Origin: an uncultured delta proteobacterium
GTDB lineage: Bacteria; Desulfobacterota; Binatia; UBA9968
DNA: 64,000 bases
NCBI GenBank assembly: GCA_963745835.1
Contig: CAVUZH010000003.1
Coordinates: 1,056,001-1,120,000, forward strand
Direction of reading: 5' to 3'
Positions 19,612 to 31,095 of this stretch are shown here, piece after piece. Positions within the stretch are counted from its first letter, which is position 1, and the number at the start of each line of letters is the position of its first letter. Under the pieces are notes generated by a model. The model was not told the DNA's origin. It worked only from the letters and a program-made list of their open reading frames with translations, and did no database searches. The position numbers and the translations under genes were made by a program.

Positions 19612-20102
19612 GGTAGTTTTTGCTGGCGAATGTTATCAGTTTGGTTTTTACGAAATTCCCGGAGTTTCTCGCGCAGCTCCGCACGTGAATTGCCGAGAAT
19701 AGCAAGAGCTAGTAAGGCCGCGTTTATGGCGCCGGCTTTGCCGATGGCCAATGTCCCCACTGGGATACCTCCCGGCATCTGCACAATCGAAAGCAGTGAA
19801 TCCATTCCTTTGAGGGCAGCGCTCTCCACCGGCACGCCGAGAACGGGAACGACGGTCTGAGCGGCGGCCATCCCCGGAAGGTGCGCGGCGCCACCCGCGC
19901 CGGCGATAATCACTTCAATACCTCGTGTTTCAGCCGTGCCGGCGAATTCTGCGAGCCAAGCCGGAGTGCGGTGTGCCGATACAATCAAGTTTTCGTGTGG
20001 TACAGCAAAATCTTTCAATGTGGAAGACGCATGCTGCATCGTCTCCCAGTCGGACTGGCTGCCCATAATAATACTCACCAGTGGATTGTTCGCCTCAGAC
20101 AT
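19608..20102 (-). CDS. purE: N5-CAIR mutase
   Basis: [30 protein letters not shown]. Confidence 0.98.
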   Translation of the reverse strand: MSEANNPLVSIIMGSQSDWETMQHASSTLKDFAVPHENLIVSAHRTPAWLAEFAGTAETRGIEVIIAGAGGAAHLPGMAAAQTVVPVLGVPVESAALKGMDSLLSIVQMPGGIPVGTLAIGKAGAINAALLALAILGNSRAELREKLREFRKNQTDNIRQQKLP

Positions 20103-20299
20103 TTAGTTTATCCAGCACTGCGGCCGTTAGTGGGCCACTCTTGCATATGGCGAAATCCGTCGCAACCACGGGCTCGGGTCCGCCATGAAATCGGGGGCTT
20201 TCAAATATCAGCCTTTGTCATTCGCCAGCTTGGACATGGATTCAACCAGCGCAAGTTAGATTGAAAGAATACAGAGCCGGGAGTGAGACCGCGCAGCCT

Positions 20300-20894
20300 T
20301 CAATACCCATCAATAATTTCCCGCCTGCGTCGGCAGGTTAAAACATGATCGTTGACCATTCCGGTAGCTTGCATATGCGCATAACAGATGGTCGAGCCGA
20401 CGAAGTTGAAGCCGCGCTGCTTCAAGTCCTTGCTAAGCGCATCAGACTCGCGGCTCGTCGCCGGATAGTCCTTCAGTGCTCGCAGCGTGTTCACGATTGG
20501 CTTACCGTCGACAAAACGCCAGATGTAGGAATCGAAAGTGCCGAACTCTTCCTGAACTGCCAGAAAACATTTTGCGTTGGTGATCGCGGCCGCCAGTTTT
20601 TGTCGATTGCGGATGATGCCGTCATCGTGGATTAAGCGATCGAGCTGCCGTTTGCCGTAGCGCGCGACCTTTTCAGGATCGAAATCGGCGAAGGCTCGTT
20701 TGTAGGCGGCCGCGTTTTCTCAACACGGTGTACCAACTGAGGCCTGCCTGTGCTCCTTCCAATATGAGGAACTCGAAGATAGTACGATCGTCGTGTACCG
20801 GAACACCCCACTCACGGTCATGATAAGCGACATAGTCCGCTTTTGTCAGATCGACCCAGGGACAACGGTCGGGCAAGGAATTTTTCACTGTCAT
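20300..20894 (-). pseudogene. tag: DNA-3-methyladenine glycosylase I with a +1 frameshift near 20711
   Basis: RCPW, YHDREWG and LEGAQAGLSW, then one extra G after LRKR. The rest (AAYKRAF...IIRNR...FVG...MQATGMVNDH...C) is intact in another frame. Confidence 0.9.
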
Positions 20895-20930
20895 TTTCTC
20901 TATGAAAGCAAGCTTGAGATCCTAAAATTA

Positions 20931-21470
20931 TTATCGGGCTTTCGGAAAGCGCCGATAGAGAGCCAGCACCCACAATCCCAGAGCCAACACAAAACCCAAG
21001 ACTATCGCGATAAACCAGGACTGCGGCAATGCGGCGGGCTCGGCTCGATTCGCAACCAGCACCACATAGTGTAGCCCGGTCATGAGTACGATGACCAAAC
21101 GGCCGAGCCGATGGCCATGTGCGGCGAGGAAATCCAGAGAATCATTCAAACGCGGCGGTGCCAGCCAATAGTCGCGGTTCGGTAGATTGATCAAATGAGA
21201 GAATTTCTTCGAGAGAATGCTGATACCGACGCTGATAGCGCTCGGAATGCTAATAAGAAGAGTCAAAATCATCAACAAATAAACATCGCGCGTCATCCAA
21301 CCGTCGGGCTGGTTGTTAATGTTGAAATGTGTGGCGACGCTACTGGGAAGATAATATGAGGTGTAAATTACAAAAGTAACCGAAAACACCATCAGGCAAA
21401 TCAAACTCACTAAAGAGCGCGCCCGCCGGCCACTATGAACTTGGATCTGCTTATTGGAATCAAGCATCAA
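20931..21470 (-). CDS. DUF1648 membrane protein
   Basis: LPSSVATHFN...PDGW, INLPNRDYW; about 4 TM segments. Confidence 0.85.
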   Translation of the reverse strand: MMLDSNKQIQVHSGRRARSLVSLICLMVFSVTFVIYTSYYLPSSVATHFNINNQPDGWMTRDVYLLMILTLLISIPSAISVGISILSKKFSHLINLPNRDYWLAPPRLNDSLDFLAAHGHRLGRLVIVLMTGLHYVVLVANRAEPAALPQSWFIAIVLGFVLALGLWVLALYRRFPKAR

Positions 21471-21707
21471 GCGTTCTTGTCAGAACGACCGGGAAACTAC
21501 CCGGTGGTACGGATGATTTTAGCAGTACCGCTCCGGCACAAACGATCGACAAACTCGCGTTTTCAGCTCTGCGCTCGGTATCAATGACCCTGGCGCTTCA
21601 CTGAGAATCAACCGGCCAATTAGGATGAGCTTTGAATAAACCTTTGGCATAACAGCGCTGTCTGGTATCATGTCACGACTTTTTTCTCTTCCGGAATGAG
21701 GTGATCT

Positions 21708-22289
21708 TTGAACCCGACTCGGTGCCGCTACTTTCGAGAGCTGAGGCCGTTTCTATTCACGACCGTGCTGCTCTTCGCCTTGGGAAGTATCGCGGGAAGC
21801 CTGCTGGCTGGTAACTCGATTTTTGCCGGGCTTAAGATCAACGAATCGCTCGGCGGGTTTGCCCAAATGTTTATAAATCTTCCTAAGCCGATCCTTGCGT
21901 TGATGATTTTTGCTAACAATGCTGTAAAAACTCTTTTAGTGATTGTGCTCGGGATTGCGTTTGCAATTGTTCCGCTGGTTTTTGTCGTTGTCAACGGCGT
22001 TGCCATCGGTGTTGTCCTGCATCTAGCCACGGAATCCAAGGGCCTCGCCTATTCGATACTCGCTATTGTCCCCCATGGTGTCTTTGAACTTCCGGGAGTC
22101 CTGTGCGGCGCTGCCATCGGTCTGATGTTGGGAAATAAAGCAATCAGGCGTCTATTTCGGAAATCTGAATTCAAGGTTGGTTCTGAACTAAGCCGCGCGT
22201 TGAAGATCTTTGCAACCACCATCGTCCCGCTCCTTCTGATCGGAGCGATCACGGAAGCTTATTTGACGGCAGCGCTTCTCGGGAAATAA
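21708..22289 (+). CDS. Stage II sporulation protein M family membrane protein
   Basis: IFANN, NG, PHGVFEL, AITEAYLT. Confidence 0.88.
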   Translation: MNPTRCRYFRELRPFLFTTVLLFALGSIAGSLLAGNSIFAGLKINESLGGFAQMFINLPKPILALMIFANNAVKTLLVIVLGIAFAIVPLVFVVVNGVAIGVVLHLATESKGLAYSILAIVPHGVFELPGVLCGAAIGLMLGNKAIRRLFRKSEFKVGSELSRALKIFATTIVPLLLIGAITEAYLTAALLGK

Positions 22290-22328
22290 CTGCAACAGTG
22301 TTTTATACGGTTGTCATATTCGTGAGCA

Positions 22329-23123
22329 TCAAACAATCAGACGACTGCCAATCGCGAAAGCATCGCAGAAGCGCTCCAGGCCATGAACTCCGCCGTTCAC
22401 CAGCCTTCGCGCCGATCTGAGATCATCGTCAAGCAGAGCCTCCTTGATTGCACGCTCCTTAGCCTTCAAGAAACTGGCAAGTAGTCTCCCCGCTATATCG
22501 CGATCGTTGGCCAGGTCCGGCGTTTGAACCAGGCGATCGCCTAATCCGATAGCTCTGCCATGGACTTCGTAGTTACGTCGACCGGTCAGCTGAATGAAGC
22601 CACGGCCCTTGTAGCGGTCCCCATCTCCCCGCTGATGATTGCCCAGATCCGTTCTGAGGTCATACAGGTCATAAGGATGGCCGCCGGGAGAAGTGTTGTA
22701 TTTTGATTTTTCCTCACAAATAGGCTCAAAACATTCCGCTTCCGCGCGAATAGTCGCCAATGCCATCAGCACCAACGGCTTATCGCCCAATCTTTCCGTG
22801 CGCAAAGCATTTAGCACATAGGGTAGATTCAAACGAATGTTATCGACCGGAGTAAAAGGAAAGATTTTTGATACCACCGTCACAGTCGCAGCCGGCAGCG
22901 CTGACGGCAGCGCATCACTCTTAGCCAATTTCAAAGCCGTCAGTGTGCGTGGGCCGGCGATGCCGTCCGCCAAGAGCCCGCAGCTTCTCTGAAACGCGAT
23001 GAGCGCCGCTTTGGTCGCCGGGCCGAAGTCACCATCGATCTTGCCCGGATTAAAGCCGAGTTTCTTCAACTGCTTTTGCAGTCTGATGACGGCTGGGCCC
23101 TTCGAATCTTCTTTTAGAAACAT
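22329..23123 (-). CDS. Peptidoglycan-binding domain plus GH19-like lysozyme/chitinase
   Basis: DGDFGPAT/DGIAGPRT PG-binding repeats; YKGRGFIQLTGRRNY; VNGG. Confidence 0.88.
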   Translation of the reverse strand: MFLKEDSKGPAVIRLQKQLKKLGFNPGKIDGDFGPATKAALIAFQRSCGLLADGIAGPRTLTALKLAKSDALPSALPAATVTVVSKIFPFTPVDNIRLNLPYVLNALRTERLGDKPLVLMALATIRAEAECFEPICEEKSKYNTSPGGHPYDLYDLRTDLGNHQRGDGDRYKGRGFIQLTGRRNYEVHGRAIGLGDRLVQTPDLANDRDIAGRLLASFLKAKERAIKEALLDDDLRSARRLVNGGVHGLERFCDAFAIGSRLIV

Positions 23124-23192
23124 CGTTGCCTCACCTATACGACGGCGGGACTTCATGCGTTCGACCTTGATCTGACTTCGCGCCGCTGCGTG

Positions 23193-23615
23193 TTAAAAGG
23201 CCTTCAGCAAATGATTTTGAGTCAACGTTGCGGTAAGAATGGCAATCCGCGCGAAGGAATAACCATCCGCGTCTACAAGATTGCCCCAAACCGGCGCCGG
23301 CCAACACGGATCAGTGGCGCGCCTGCCGACCACATGCAGATGAAGTTGCGACACGACGTTGCCGATAGCCGCAAAGTTGATTTTGCTGACGGCAAATTCA
23401 GTCTTTAGAAAACGCGCAGCGATTGCTGCTTCGTCCATCGCCATATTCCTCACCTGGTCTGGTAAGTCGAGCAAATCACCTGCTGGCGCGGTTTCGGGAA
23501 CCAGGATTAACCATGGCACCGCTGCGTTCTTGTGCAGCAGAACATGACATAGCCGGAGTTGGCCCAGTCGATGGCAATCGTGAAGCAATTGGGGGTGAAT
23601 TTCGAAACGAGACAT
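23193..23615 (-). CDS. HIT family protein
   Basis: PWLILVP, KINFAAIGNVVSQLHLHVV, WPAPVW. Confidence 0.9.
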   Translation of the reverse strand: MSRFEIHPQLLHDCHRLGQLRLCHVLLHKNAAVPWLILVPETAPAGDLLDLPDQVRNMAMDEAAIAARFLKTEFAVSKINFAAIGNVVSQLHLHVVGRRATDPCWPAPVWGNLVDADGYSFARIAILTATLTQNHLLKAF

Positions 23616-23633
23616 GTGCCGGTTAAAATTACA

Positions 23634-24350
23634 TCATTTCCGTGGGATTGCCCTGGCGCCGTGACTCATCGAGCTTTGTCTGGCCAGTGTTTTAAAATCA
23701 ATATCGGTTGAAGGCCGTGTATCGGCTTTTAAAACTTTCGCCATATACGCAAGCACGTGTTGATTATCCGCCTCGGTTTCAGAGGCTATACAGTCCTGGG
23801 GAACCAGCAGATTAAAATCGCGCATGTAAGCATCGCTAGCGGTGAAAAGCACGCAAATGTTTCCGGCGATGCCGGTCAATATCAATGTGTTGGCCTTGAG
23901 ATAGCGCAACAGCAGGTCAAGACTGGTTGAGTAGAATGCCGAGTGCTTGGGCTTTAAAACAAAATAGTCTCGCTCGTCCGGCCTCAGTAATCGCGCAATC
24001 GGCTTTCCTTTGACGTTATCCTCCAGACAATGGTCGACAAGCTTTCTGAAATCAGACTGCCACTTGCCAAAGTTATCATTAACATAGATTACTGGGATTC
24101 CGGCTGCTTTCGCGTTCTTCTTTAGTTTGGCAATCGGCTGAGCGATGGCGAGAGTGTTCGTAAACATCGGATCTGCGTCATCGAACTCAAAATCGTTGAT
24201 TAAGTCGATCAGTATCAATACGACAGAGGAATCGTCCGGAACGTTGCCGTGCAAATCTTGATTGTTAACTGGGCTTACCACAAAAATCCTCCGTCTGAGC
24301 GCCAGGGCTATCTGAGAGTAGCATAAGAATAGGGACCTTTTGGCACCCAT
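23634..24350 (-). CDS. Isochorismatase-family cysteine hydrolase (true start may be about 24280)
   Basis: LIDLIND, KPKHSAF and GNICV give the D-K-C triad. Confidence 0.9.
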   Translation of the reverse strand: MGAKRSLFLCYSQIALALRRRIFVVSPVNNQDLHGNVPDDSSVVLILIDLINDFEFDDADPMFTNTLAIAQPIAKLKKNAKAAGIPVIYVNDNFGKWQSDFRKLVDHCLEDNVKGKPIARLLRPDERDYFVLKPKHSAFYSTSLDLLLRYLKANTLILTGIAGNICVLFTASDAYMRDFNLLVPQDCIASETEADNQHVLAYMAKVLKADTRPSTDIDFKTLARQSSMSHGARAIPRK

Positions 24351-24377
24351 GAATGCTCCCGCGGCATTTAAGGGTGA

Positions 24378-27300
24378 TTAATGAAAATCCCGGCTTGACG
24401 ATTTGGCGGGCTGGGTGCTTACTTTGGGTTGCCAAAGTTTCTCCGCGACCAGGTGAACGATATTGTCTTCGACCTGGAGGATGCCGCTGATTCCTAGAAA
24501 ATTGACCGTCTTTGCCAAAACCGAGTAGCGCTGGAAAATATTTTCCCAGACCACAACATTGACGAATCCGGTCTCATCTTCCAAAGTCATGAAGACGATC
24601 CCGCCGGCGGTTCCTGGACGTTGACGACAAATCACTAAACCGGCGTAGTGAACCCTTTCGCCGTTTCGTTTAGCGGCGATTGAACGGGCATCCGGCAATC
24701 CCTGAGCAGCAAGCATACCGCGAAAAGGTTGTAGCGGATGGCGCCGAACGCTATGCGAGCTCGTCCGATAGTCCCAGCTCACTTCCTCGAACTCATTCAA
24801 TGGCTCAAATCTTGGGTCGGCTTCCTGAGTCGGTAAGCGCAGCGAATGGCCTCTTAACTGCACCCATCGCCGGCTATTCCACAATGCTGTACGGCGATCG
24901 ATTCCCAGATCATCGAATGCGCCGGCTTCCGCTAACAAACCAAGACTGCTTTCACTGAGATCTGTGCGCCGGACAAAATCTTCCAGCGATTCAAATGAAC
25001 GCGCCTGCCGTGCGTGTGAGATTCTATCCCAGTCGCGCTCTGCTAAACCCTTAATGTATCGCAGGCCCATGCGCACCGCGAAGCCTCCGGCACTGTCAGC
25101 GCAATTCTCCAACGTGCAGTCCCAATCACTGGCTTGCGCATCGATCGGCCGAACCAGCACCCCATGACGCTTGGCATCTTCGACAATCGTCGCCGGCAGG
25201 TAAAAGCCCATCGGCTGAGCATTTAACAGAGAACAGGTAAATTCCGCCGGATAATGGCATCGCAGCCATGCCGTGGCATAGGCAATCAAGGCAAAACTGG
25301 CGGCATGGCTTTCAGGAAAACCGTATTCTCCGAAGCCGCGGATCTGCTCGAAAACTCTTTCGGCGAATTCCAACGCGATCCCTTTGGCCTGCATACGTGT
25401 GATCAACCACTCGCGATGACGTTCCATCCGGCCGCTACGATGCCAAGCGGCCATATCCCGTCGCAATTGATCCGCCTCTCCCGGTGTATAATCGGCGGCA
25501 ACCACGGCCAAGCGCATGACCTGTTCCTGAAAAAGCGGCACGCCGAGTGTTTTTTCCAACACCGGAACTAAACTCTCATGCGGAAATTCAACCGGCTCTT
25601 TCCCCTGGCGCCGGCGCAAATAAGGATGAACCATACCGCCGGTGATCGGCCCTGGGCGGACGATGCTGATTTGAATCACCAGATCGTAAAAAGTTTTTGG
25701 CCGAAGCCGGGGCAACATCGCCATCTGGGCGCGGCTTTCAATCTGAAAAACACCCACGGTCTCGCTACGGCAGATCATCTCAAAGGTCGCTCCATCCTTG
25801 CCCGGAATGGTCGCCATAGATAGCTCTTCGCGGCGATGCTCGCGCAACAGCTTAAAACAGAGATTGAGCTGGGTTAGGCTGCCAAGCCCGAGCAGATCCA
25901 CCTTGAATAAGCCAAGATCTTCAAGATCATTTTTATCCCACTGAATCACGGTGCGTCCGGCCATGCTGCCGTTCTCAATCGGAACGATGTCATGCACCGG
26001 TTCGTGACCCAGAAGAAAGCCGCCAGGATGGATCGACAGATGACGTGGACAGTCTAAAATCTCGTTACTCAGTTGGAGCAGCTGGCTATGCAAGCCCACC
26101 GTCGGATCAATGCCCGTCTGTTGCAGCATTTCAGGCCGAATATGCTCATAAGGTGATAGAAATTTGGCGGCGCGATCGAGAGAAGTCTCGGATAGCCCCA
26201 AAGCCTTACCGACATCCCGCAACGCCGAGCGTGAGCGGTAGCGTACAATGTTGGCTGCCATGGCGGCGCGCTCGCGGCCGTACTTTTCGTAGACATGCCG
26301 GATCACTTCTTCGCGCCGGTTATGCTCGATATCGAGATCGATATCCGGCGGCTCGGCGCGTTCTTTGGAGATAAACCGTTCAAACAACAAGCCGATGCGC
26401 GCCGGATCGACGGCAGTAACGCCCAAGCAATAACAAACGGCGGAATTTGCCGCTGAGCCACGCCCCTGGCAGAGGATGCCGTTGGCGCGGCAGAACTCGA
26501 CGACCTCCCACATCGTCAAAAAATAGCCCGGGTAGTCGAGGCTCTCGATAACCTCCAGCTCTTTTTCTAATTGCTCGACGATGTCACCCGGGATCTCTTC
26601 ACCATAACGCCAGTGCGCTCCTTTAAACGTAAGCTGGCGCAGCCACTGCGCCGATGTGGTACCGTCGGGCAGTCGTTCCGATGGATAGCGATAACGAATT
26701 TCATCCAGTGAAAACCGACAGCGTTCGGCGACTTCGAGCGTGCGGGCGACAGCGGCTGGATCATCAACAAAGAGGCGGGCAAATGCGTAAGGCGATTTTA
26801 ACCCGTATTCGGCATTGGGCTTTAACCTGCGGCCGCAGGAAGCCACCGGTATGCCATGACGTATCGCGGTCAACACATCCTGCAGCGGACGGCGCGCGGA
26901 GCTATGGTAGAGAATTTCATTGGCCGCGACTAAAGGAAAGACATATCGCCGGGCCCGCTCTCGCAACCGGGCTTCCTGGCGGGTCTCTTCTTCACGCCTG
27001 TGCCGAGCGATCATACCGTACAGCCGATCGTCGAAGGCATCGCGCAATGCAGCGATAATATCAGCCGGTTCCTGTTCACTGACGAGCAGGCTCGAATCGC
27101 CGCCCCAGAGGGCAATCAGGTCGGGTGCATGGCGACAAACCTCATCCCAGGATACGCTGCTCTCCCCTTTTTCTGATCGCAGCCGTCCGCCGGTCAGGAG
27201 GCGGCAGAGATTGGCGTAACCGGCGCGATTCTGCGCCAGCAGAACAATCGACGAACCATCGTCGATGGAGATCTGCGAGCCAAAAATCAATCTGAACCCA

Positions 27301-27473
27301 AACTCCCGCGCTTTAACGTGCGCGCGCACGATGCCATAAACACCATCCCTATCGGTCACCGCGAGAGCCGGCAGCCCGAACCGGTATGATTCCTCGACCA
27401 GCTCGTCGGGATGGCTGGCGCCCTCGAGAAAAGAGAAATTAGTTTTGCACCAAAGCGGAACGTAAGAAGACAT
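24378..27473 (-). CDS. dnaE2: Error-prone DNA polymerase DnaE2 (ImuC)
   Basis: PHP motif [35 protein letters not shown]-terminal SRDFH. Confidence 0.96.
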   Translation of the reverse strand: MSSYVPLWCKTNFSFLEGASHPDELVEESYRFGLPALAVTDRDGVYGIVRAHVKAREFGFRLIFGSQISIDDGSSIVLLAQNRAGYANLCRLLTGGRLRSEKGESSVSWDEVCRHAPDLIALWGGDSSLLVSEQEPADIIAALRDAFDDRLYGMIARHRREEETRQEARLRERARRYVFPLVAANEILYHSSARRPLQDVLTAIRHGIPVASCGRRLKPNAEYGLKSPYAFARLFVDDPAAVARTLEVAERCRFSLDEIRYRYPSERLPDGTTSAQWLRQLTFKGAHWRYGEEIPGDIVEQLEKELEVIESLDYPGYFLTMWEVVEFCRANGILCQGRGSAANSAVCYCLGVTAVDPARIGLLFERFISKERAEPPDIDLDIEHNRREEVIRHVYEKYGRERAAMAANIVRYRSRSALRDVGKALGLSETSLDRAAKFLSPYEHIRPEMLQQTGIDPTVGLHSQLLQLSNEILDCPRHLSIHPGGFLLGHEPVHDIVPIENGSMAGRTVIQWDKNDLEDLGLFKVDLLGLGSLTQLNLCFKLLREHRREELSMATIPGKDGATFEMICRSETVGVFQIESRAQMAMLPRLRPKTFYDLVIQISIVRPGPITGGMVHPYLRRRQGKEPVEFPHESLVPVLEKTLGVPLFQEQVMRLAVVAADYTPGEADQLRRDMAAWHRSGRMERHREWLITRMQAKGIALEFAERVFEQIRGFGEYGFPESHAASFALIAYATAWLRCHYPAEFTCSLLNAQPMGFYLPATIVEDAKRHGVLVRPIDAQASDWDCTLENCADSAGGFAVRMGLRYIKGLAERDWDRISHARQARSFESLEDFVRRTDLSESSLGLLAEAGAFDDLGIDRRTALWNSRRWVQLRGHSLRLPTQEADPRFEPLNEFEEVSWDYRTSSHSVRRHPLQPFRGMLAAQGLPDARSIAAKRNGERVHYAGLVICRQRPGTAGGIVFMTLEDETGFVNVVVWENIFQRYSVLAKTVNFLGISGILQVEDNIVHLVAEKLWQPKVSTQPAKSSSRDFH

Positions 27474-27667
27474 GTTGGTCTATTCAGATTTATAAGCTAG
27501 CGCATAATGGGCGCGTGCCGATATTTTCGATAAGCAGCAGAAGCCGTTCCCTGGTAAGAGAATATTCGCGGGCATCCGCATCGTCAATCGTACCTTAGTT
27601 GTCGGGTTGGCACTGCAGCGATGGATCGACGAGCTTGAGCTTTCGATCTCCAGTCCGGGGAGCTGCC

Positions 27668-28567
27668 TTAATCAGATAGTCGAACCCGGGCAGCCTCTGA
27701 AATAGCGACCACCGCCGGATGCTTAAGCTTGCGATCCAGAGAAATAGCATAAAACCGCTCGCGAATATTTCCCACCCGCCCGAGGTTTTTTACATCGTAT
27801 TCCCGTTGCATCTCGGCGCTGATAATCGAAGGGGCGACGAAGAGACCAAGACCTCGCGCTCCGAACACCTTCAAGAGAGCGCTGTCCTCAAATTCCGCAA
27901 TGATCATCGGCCGGATCTTTTCCGAATCGAACCATTGATCCAAAGAGCGGCGCACGGTGGTATTATGGGTAGGCAACAAAAAGGGCGCGCCATCGAGGGA
28001 CTGCGGAAAGCCGCGGCGGTAGGCATTGACCAATTTCTGTGTTCCGAACAGGATTAAACCACATTCTCCCAGTAAGTGATTGAATGCCTTGACGTTGACC
28101 GCAGGATCTATCGGAGCATCAGTCAGGACGACGTCGAGATCATGGACGGCTAGCGATGACAGCAAGTCACCGTTGCCACCCTCCCGGCAAATGATTCGAT
28201 ATGATTCTTTAAATGCCAGGGCAGGTTCGATCAACTTGTACGCAACTAACTTAGGCAACACATCCGCAACGCCAACAGTCAACCGGGCGACACGTCCCCC
28301 GGCACGGCCTTTAAGAGCGCCGGTCAACTCCCGCCCTAAAGAAAAGATCTCCTCGGCATACCGAAATACGAGCTTGCCCATATCGGTCAGAGTCAGATGC
28401 CTCCCGCTCTTGCGGAAAAGCTTCTCGCCGATGGCTAGCTCCAACGATTTGACTTGGGCGCTGACCGTGGCTTGAGTCAAGCGGAGTTCCTCGCCGGCGC
28501 GCGAAACGCTGCCGCAACGCGCCACGTTCCAGAAATAAAAAAGATGGTGATAGTTGAGCCATTCCAT
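27668..28567 (-). CDS. nhaR: LysR-family transcriptional activator NhaR
   Basis: LNYHHLFYFW, EFEDSALLKVFG, KLKHPAV. Confidence 0.88.
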   Translation of the reverse strand: MEWLNYHHLFYFWNVARCGSVSRAGEELRLTQATVSAQVKSLELAIGEKLFRKSGRHLTLTDMGKLVFRYAEEIFSLGRELTGALKGRAGGRVARLTVGVADVLPKLVAYKLIEPALAFKESYRIICREGGNGDLLSSLAVHDLDVVLTDAPIDPAVNVKAFNHLLGECGLILFGTQKLVNAYRRGFPQSLDGAPFLLPTHNTTVRRSLDQWFDSEKIRPMIIAEFEDSALLKVFGARGLGLFVAPSIISAEMQREYDVKNLGRVGNIRERFYAISLDRKLKHPAVVAISEAARVRLSD

Positions 28568-28688
28568 AGGGCCTAGATGATAGTTCGATTTTTTCTATGG
28601 ATCAATATGAAATTATTAGTTTGTCGAATGATTGCGCCGGTCTTATGGTTAGACAGAAATCTGTGCGTCGCGAAAGGAAAGCAATGCC

Positions 28689-29117
28689 ATGTCAGCGATT
28701 CGCAACTTGTTTTCTTCAGAAGATAGCGGACGGCTTTTCGAACCCGATACTATTCTCAGCGCGCAATACTACGCATCTCATAAAGGTAGTCCGTATAAGC
28801 AGCCGGAGCTCCGCTTGATGGCTGCGGTACTCGAGGATGCGATCTCCTGCCTGTCGATAAAAACACGTTCCGCTACAGCGCGACAACGGAAACAAATTGA
28901 CAACGCCTGGGAGTGGTTGGCAGCAGAGGATGATAGCGAATGGATTTTCTCATTCAAGAACATTTGTGAGGCTTTAGGGATCGATCCAGCATACTTGCGC
29001 CGCGGCTTGATTCGGTGGAACGACGGAACAGAATCAGCTTCCGCCGGGGCCCCGCCAAGTGTTAGAACCGCATCCTCAGCGCGGCCGACAAAAATCAGGC
29101 TGCGCGCCGGCTCGTGA
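28689..29117 (+). CDS. Conserved hypothetical protein
   Basis: FEPD...PELRLMAAVLEDAI...WIFSFKNICEALGIDP; divergent from nhaR. Confidence 0.75.
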   Translation: MSAIRNLFSSEDSGRLFEPDTILSAQYYASHKGSPYKQPELRLMAAVLEDAISCLSIKTRSATARQRKQIDNAWEWLAAEDDSEWIFSFKNICEALGIDPAYLRRGLIRWNDGTESASAGAPPSVRTASSARPTKIRLRAGS

Positions 29118-29507
29118 CCGCCCGGAATCGGCCGCGCGCAATTCGACCGTAAACGCGAGTCACCCAATCACGAGAAGCTGGAAGATTCCAGCAAGCATAG
29201 CCTTAGGCCGTCCATCCGAGTCATACTACAAGCGCCATTTCGAATACATCGGGCACATTGGCAGCTGTACTGGGTACGCAAGATCCTCCTTGGCGCTCTT
29301 GATATCGCTTTTTGAGATCCTGGCCCGAGTTAATTTGCCTCAAGCTGCAGTTATCGTTTGTCGCGTCTAAATTTCAGCGCTCTAGATCATTCCACCTACA
29401 CGTTTCATGCCGGCGATAGAAAGACGCCGCGATTGTCTTGACATCGGGCGAAGCAGAACGATAGAACGAGCCTGTCATCGCTAAATGACTGGCCAAAGGA
29501 GACCGTT

Positions 29508-31040
29508 ATGTCGCCAATGTTTCGAAAACTCTGTCTGCTGATGTCGTTGACGTCGATCATCCTCATCGCTGGCGCGGAGCGGCCGTCAGCTCAGACCCGG
29601 GTTTCAATCGGCGTCACGGAAACGATTGAGACTCTCAATCCGTACGGCGACAGCGTCTCGCTCCTGTACGGTATTTGGAGCGAAATCACCGGACCGTTTT
29701 GCACCTACAATTATGACAAAGGAGATTTCGAAGGGCGCCTCGCCGAGCGTTGGAAGGTGGAGAACCCGAACACCTGGGTTTTCTATCTAAACAAAAGCTA
29801 TCGCTTCAACGACGGATCCGAAGTAACCGCCGACGACGTTGTCCATTCGATGATGAATCGGGTCATCAAGGATCCGCAATCCAAGCAGAAAGCATCGGTG
29901 GCGGGCCCCATCGTCAAAGCAGAGGCTGTCGATAAGCACACTGTAAGATTTACCACTGACAAACCTTCGGCGCCGCTGCTCGGTTTTGTTTGTGACCGGC
30001 TAATCGTGACGAGCAAGGCGATGTTCGACAAATTTGGCCGCGATGTCGCCGACAAGGAGCATATGCTTGGCGCAGGCCCATACCGGCTCAAGGAACTTAT
30101 TCCCGGCCAGCGTATGGTCATCGTCAAGCGTTCGGATCATCCGGAGGCGAAAAAACGTCCGAACGCCCCGGATGAAATCGTTTATCGCGTCATGCGCGAG
30201 ACCGAACAACGGGTCACCGCATTGCTCAACGGGGAAATTCAGATCGCTCAATTCATTCCACCGCACTTGCGACAGCGTGTCGAGAAATCGCCCAACTTAA
30301 AGATAATCCCCACCGACTCAGTGGAGATCATGTTTCTCGCCATGCAACCCAAGCCTCCCTTCGATAAAAAAGAAGTGCGCCAGGCGGTTTGTCATGCAAT
30401 CAACCGCGACCAGATCATCAGTACCCTGCTGGAGGGATTCGCCAGCCGTCTCGATGGACCCATCGGTCCCGGACAGTATGGTTACGATCCTAATTTGAAA
30501 CCGAAGTTGAGTTACGATCCGGAACGATCGAAGAAACTATTGGCGCAAGCGGGCTATCCTAACGGCGTTGATGTCGAGCTCCAGACTCCCGTAGGACGTT
30601 ATACCTTGGACAAACAACTGACCGAAGCGATGATCCCCATGCTAAATGCCGCTGGATTCCGCGCCAAACTCTCGACTCCCGAGTGGCCGACACTTTGGGC
30701 CAATGTTCAAAAGGGAACCGTGCCTTTTTATTACATGGGCCGTGGTTCGGTTCAGGATCCCAGCGCCGCGCTGCACCAGTACTTTCATTCTAAAGAGACG
30801 CCGCGGATCGGCTATTCTAATTCCAAGCTCGATGAACTCTTGGACAAGGAACAGGCCGAGTTCGATCCAAAAAAGCGCCGGCAACACCTGTCCGAGGCGA
30901 TGAGTCTCATCACCGAGGAAGCGCCGGCTTGTTTCATGTGGCGCCACAAACTTCTATGGGGCATGAACAATCGTATCGACTACAAACCGCTGCCGGATGC
31001 GCGGATCTTCGGCATGGATATCAAAGTGGTAAAAAAGTAG
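29508..31040 (+). CDS. ABC substrate-binding protein, family 5 (DppA-like)
   Basis: Signal peptide; LAERW, FNDG, GAGPY, VRQAVCHAINR; RBS AAGGAG; TTGACA at 29438. Confidence 0.93.
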   Translation: MSPMFRKLCLLMSLTSIILIAGAERPSAQTRVSIGVTETIETLNPYGDSVSLLYGIWSEITGPFCTYNYDKGDFEGRLAERWKVENPNTWVFYLNKSYRFNDGSEVTADDVVHSMMNRVIKDPQSKQKASVAGPIVKAEAVDKHTVRFTTDKPSAPLLGFVCDRLIVTSKAMFDKFGRDVADKEHMLGAGPYRLKELIPGQRMVIVKRSDHPEAKKRPNAPDEIVYRVMRETEQRVTALLNGEIQIAQFIPPHLRQRVEKSPNLKIIPTDSVEIMFLAMQPKPPFDKKEVRQAVCHAINRDQIISTLLEGFASRLDGPIGPGQYGYDPNLKPKLSYDPERSKKLLAQAGYPNGVDVELQTPVGRYTLDKQLTEAMIPMLNAAGFRAKLSTPEWPTLWANVQKGTVPFYYMGRGSVQDPSAALHQYFHSKETPRIGYSNSKLDELLDKEQAEFDPKKRRQHLSEAMSLITEEAPACFMWRHKLLWGMNNRIDYKPLPDARIFGMDIKVVKK

Positions 31041-31095
31041 CGGCTGCGATCTTAGTGGGTGAACTAGGAAAATTTTCTGGACCAAAGGCGCACGC

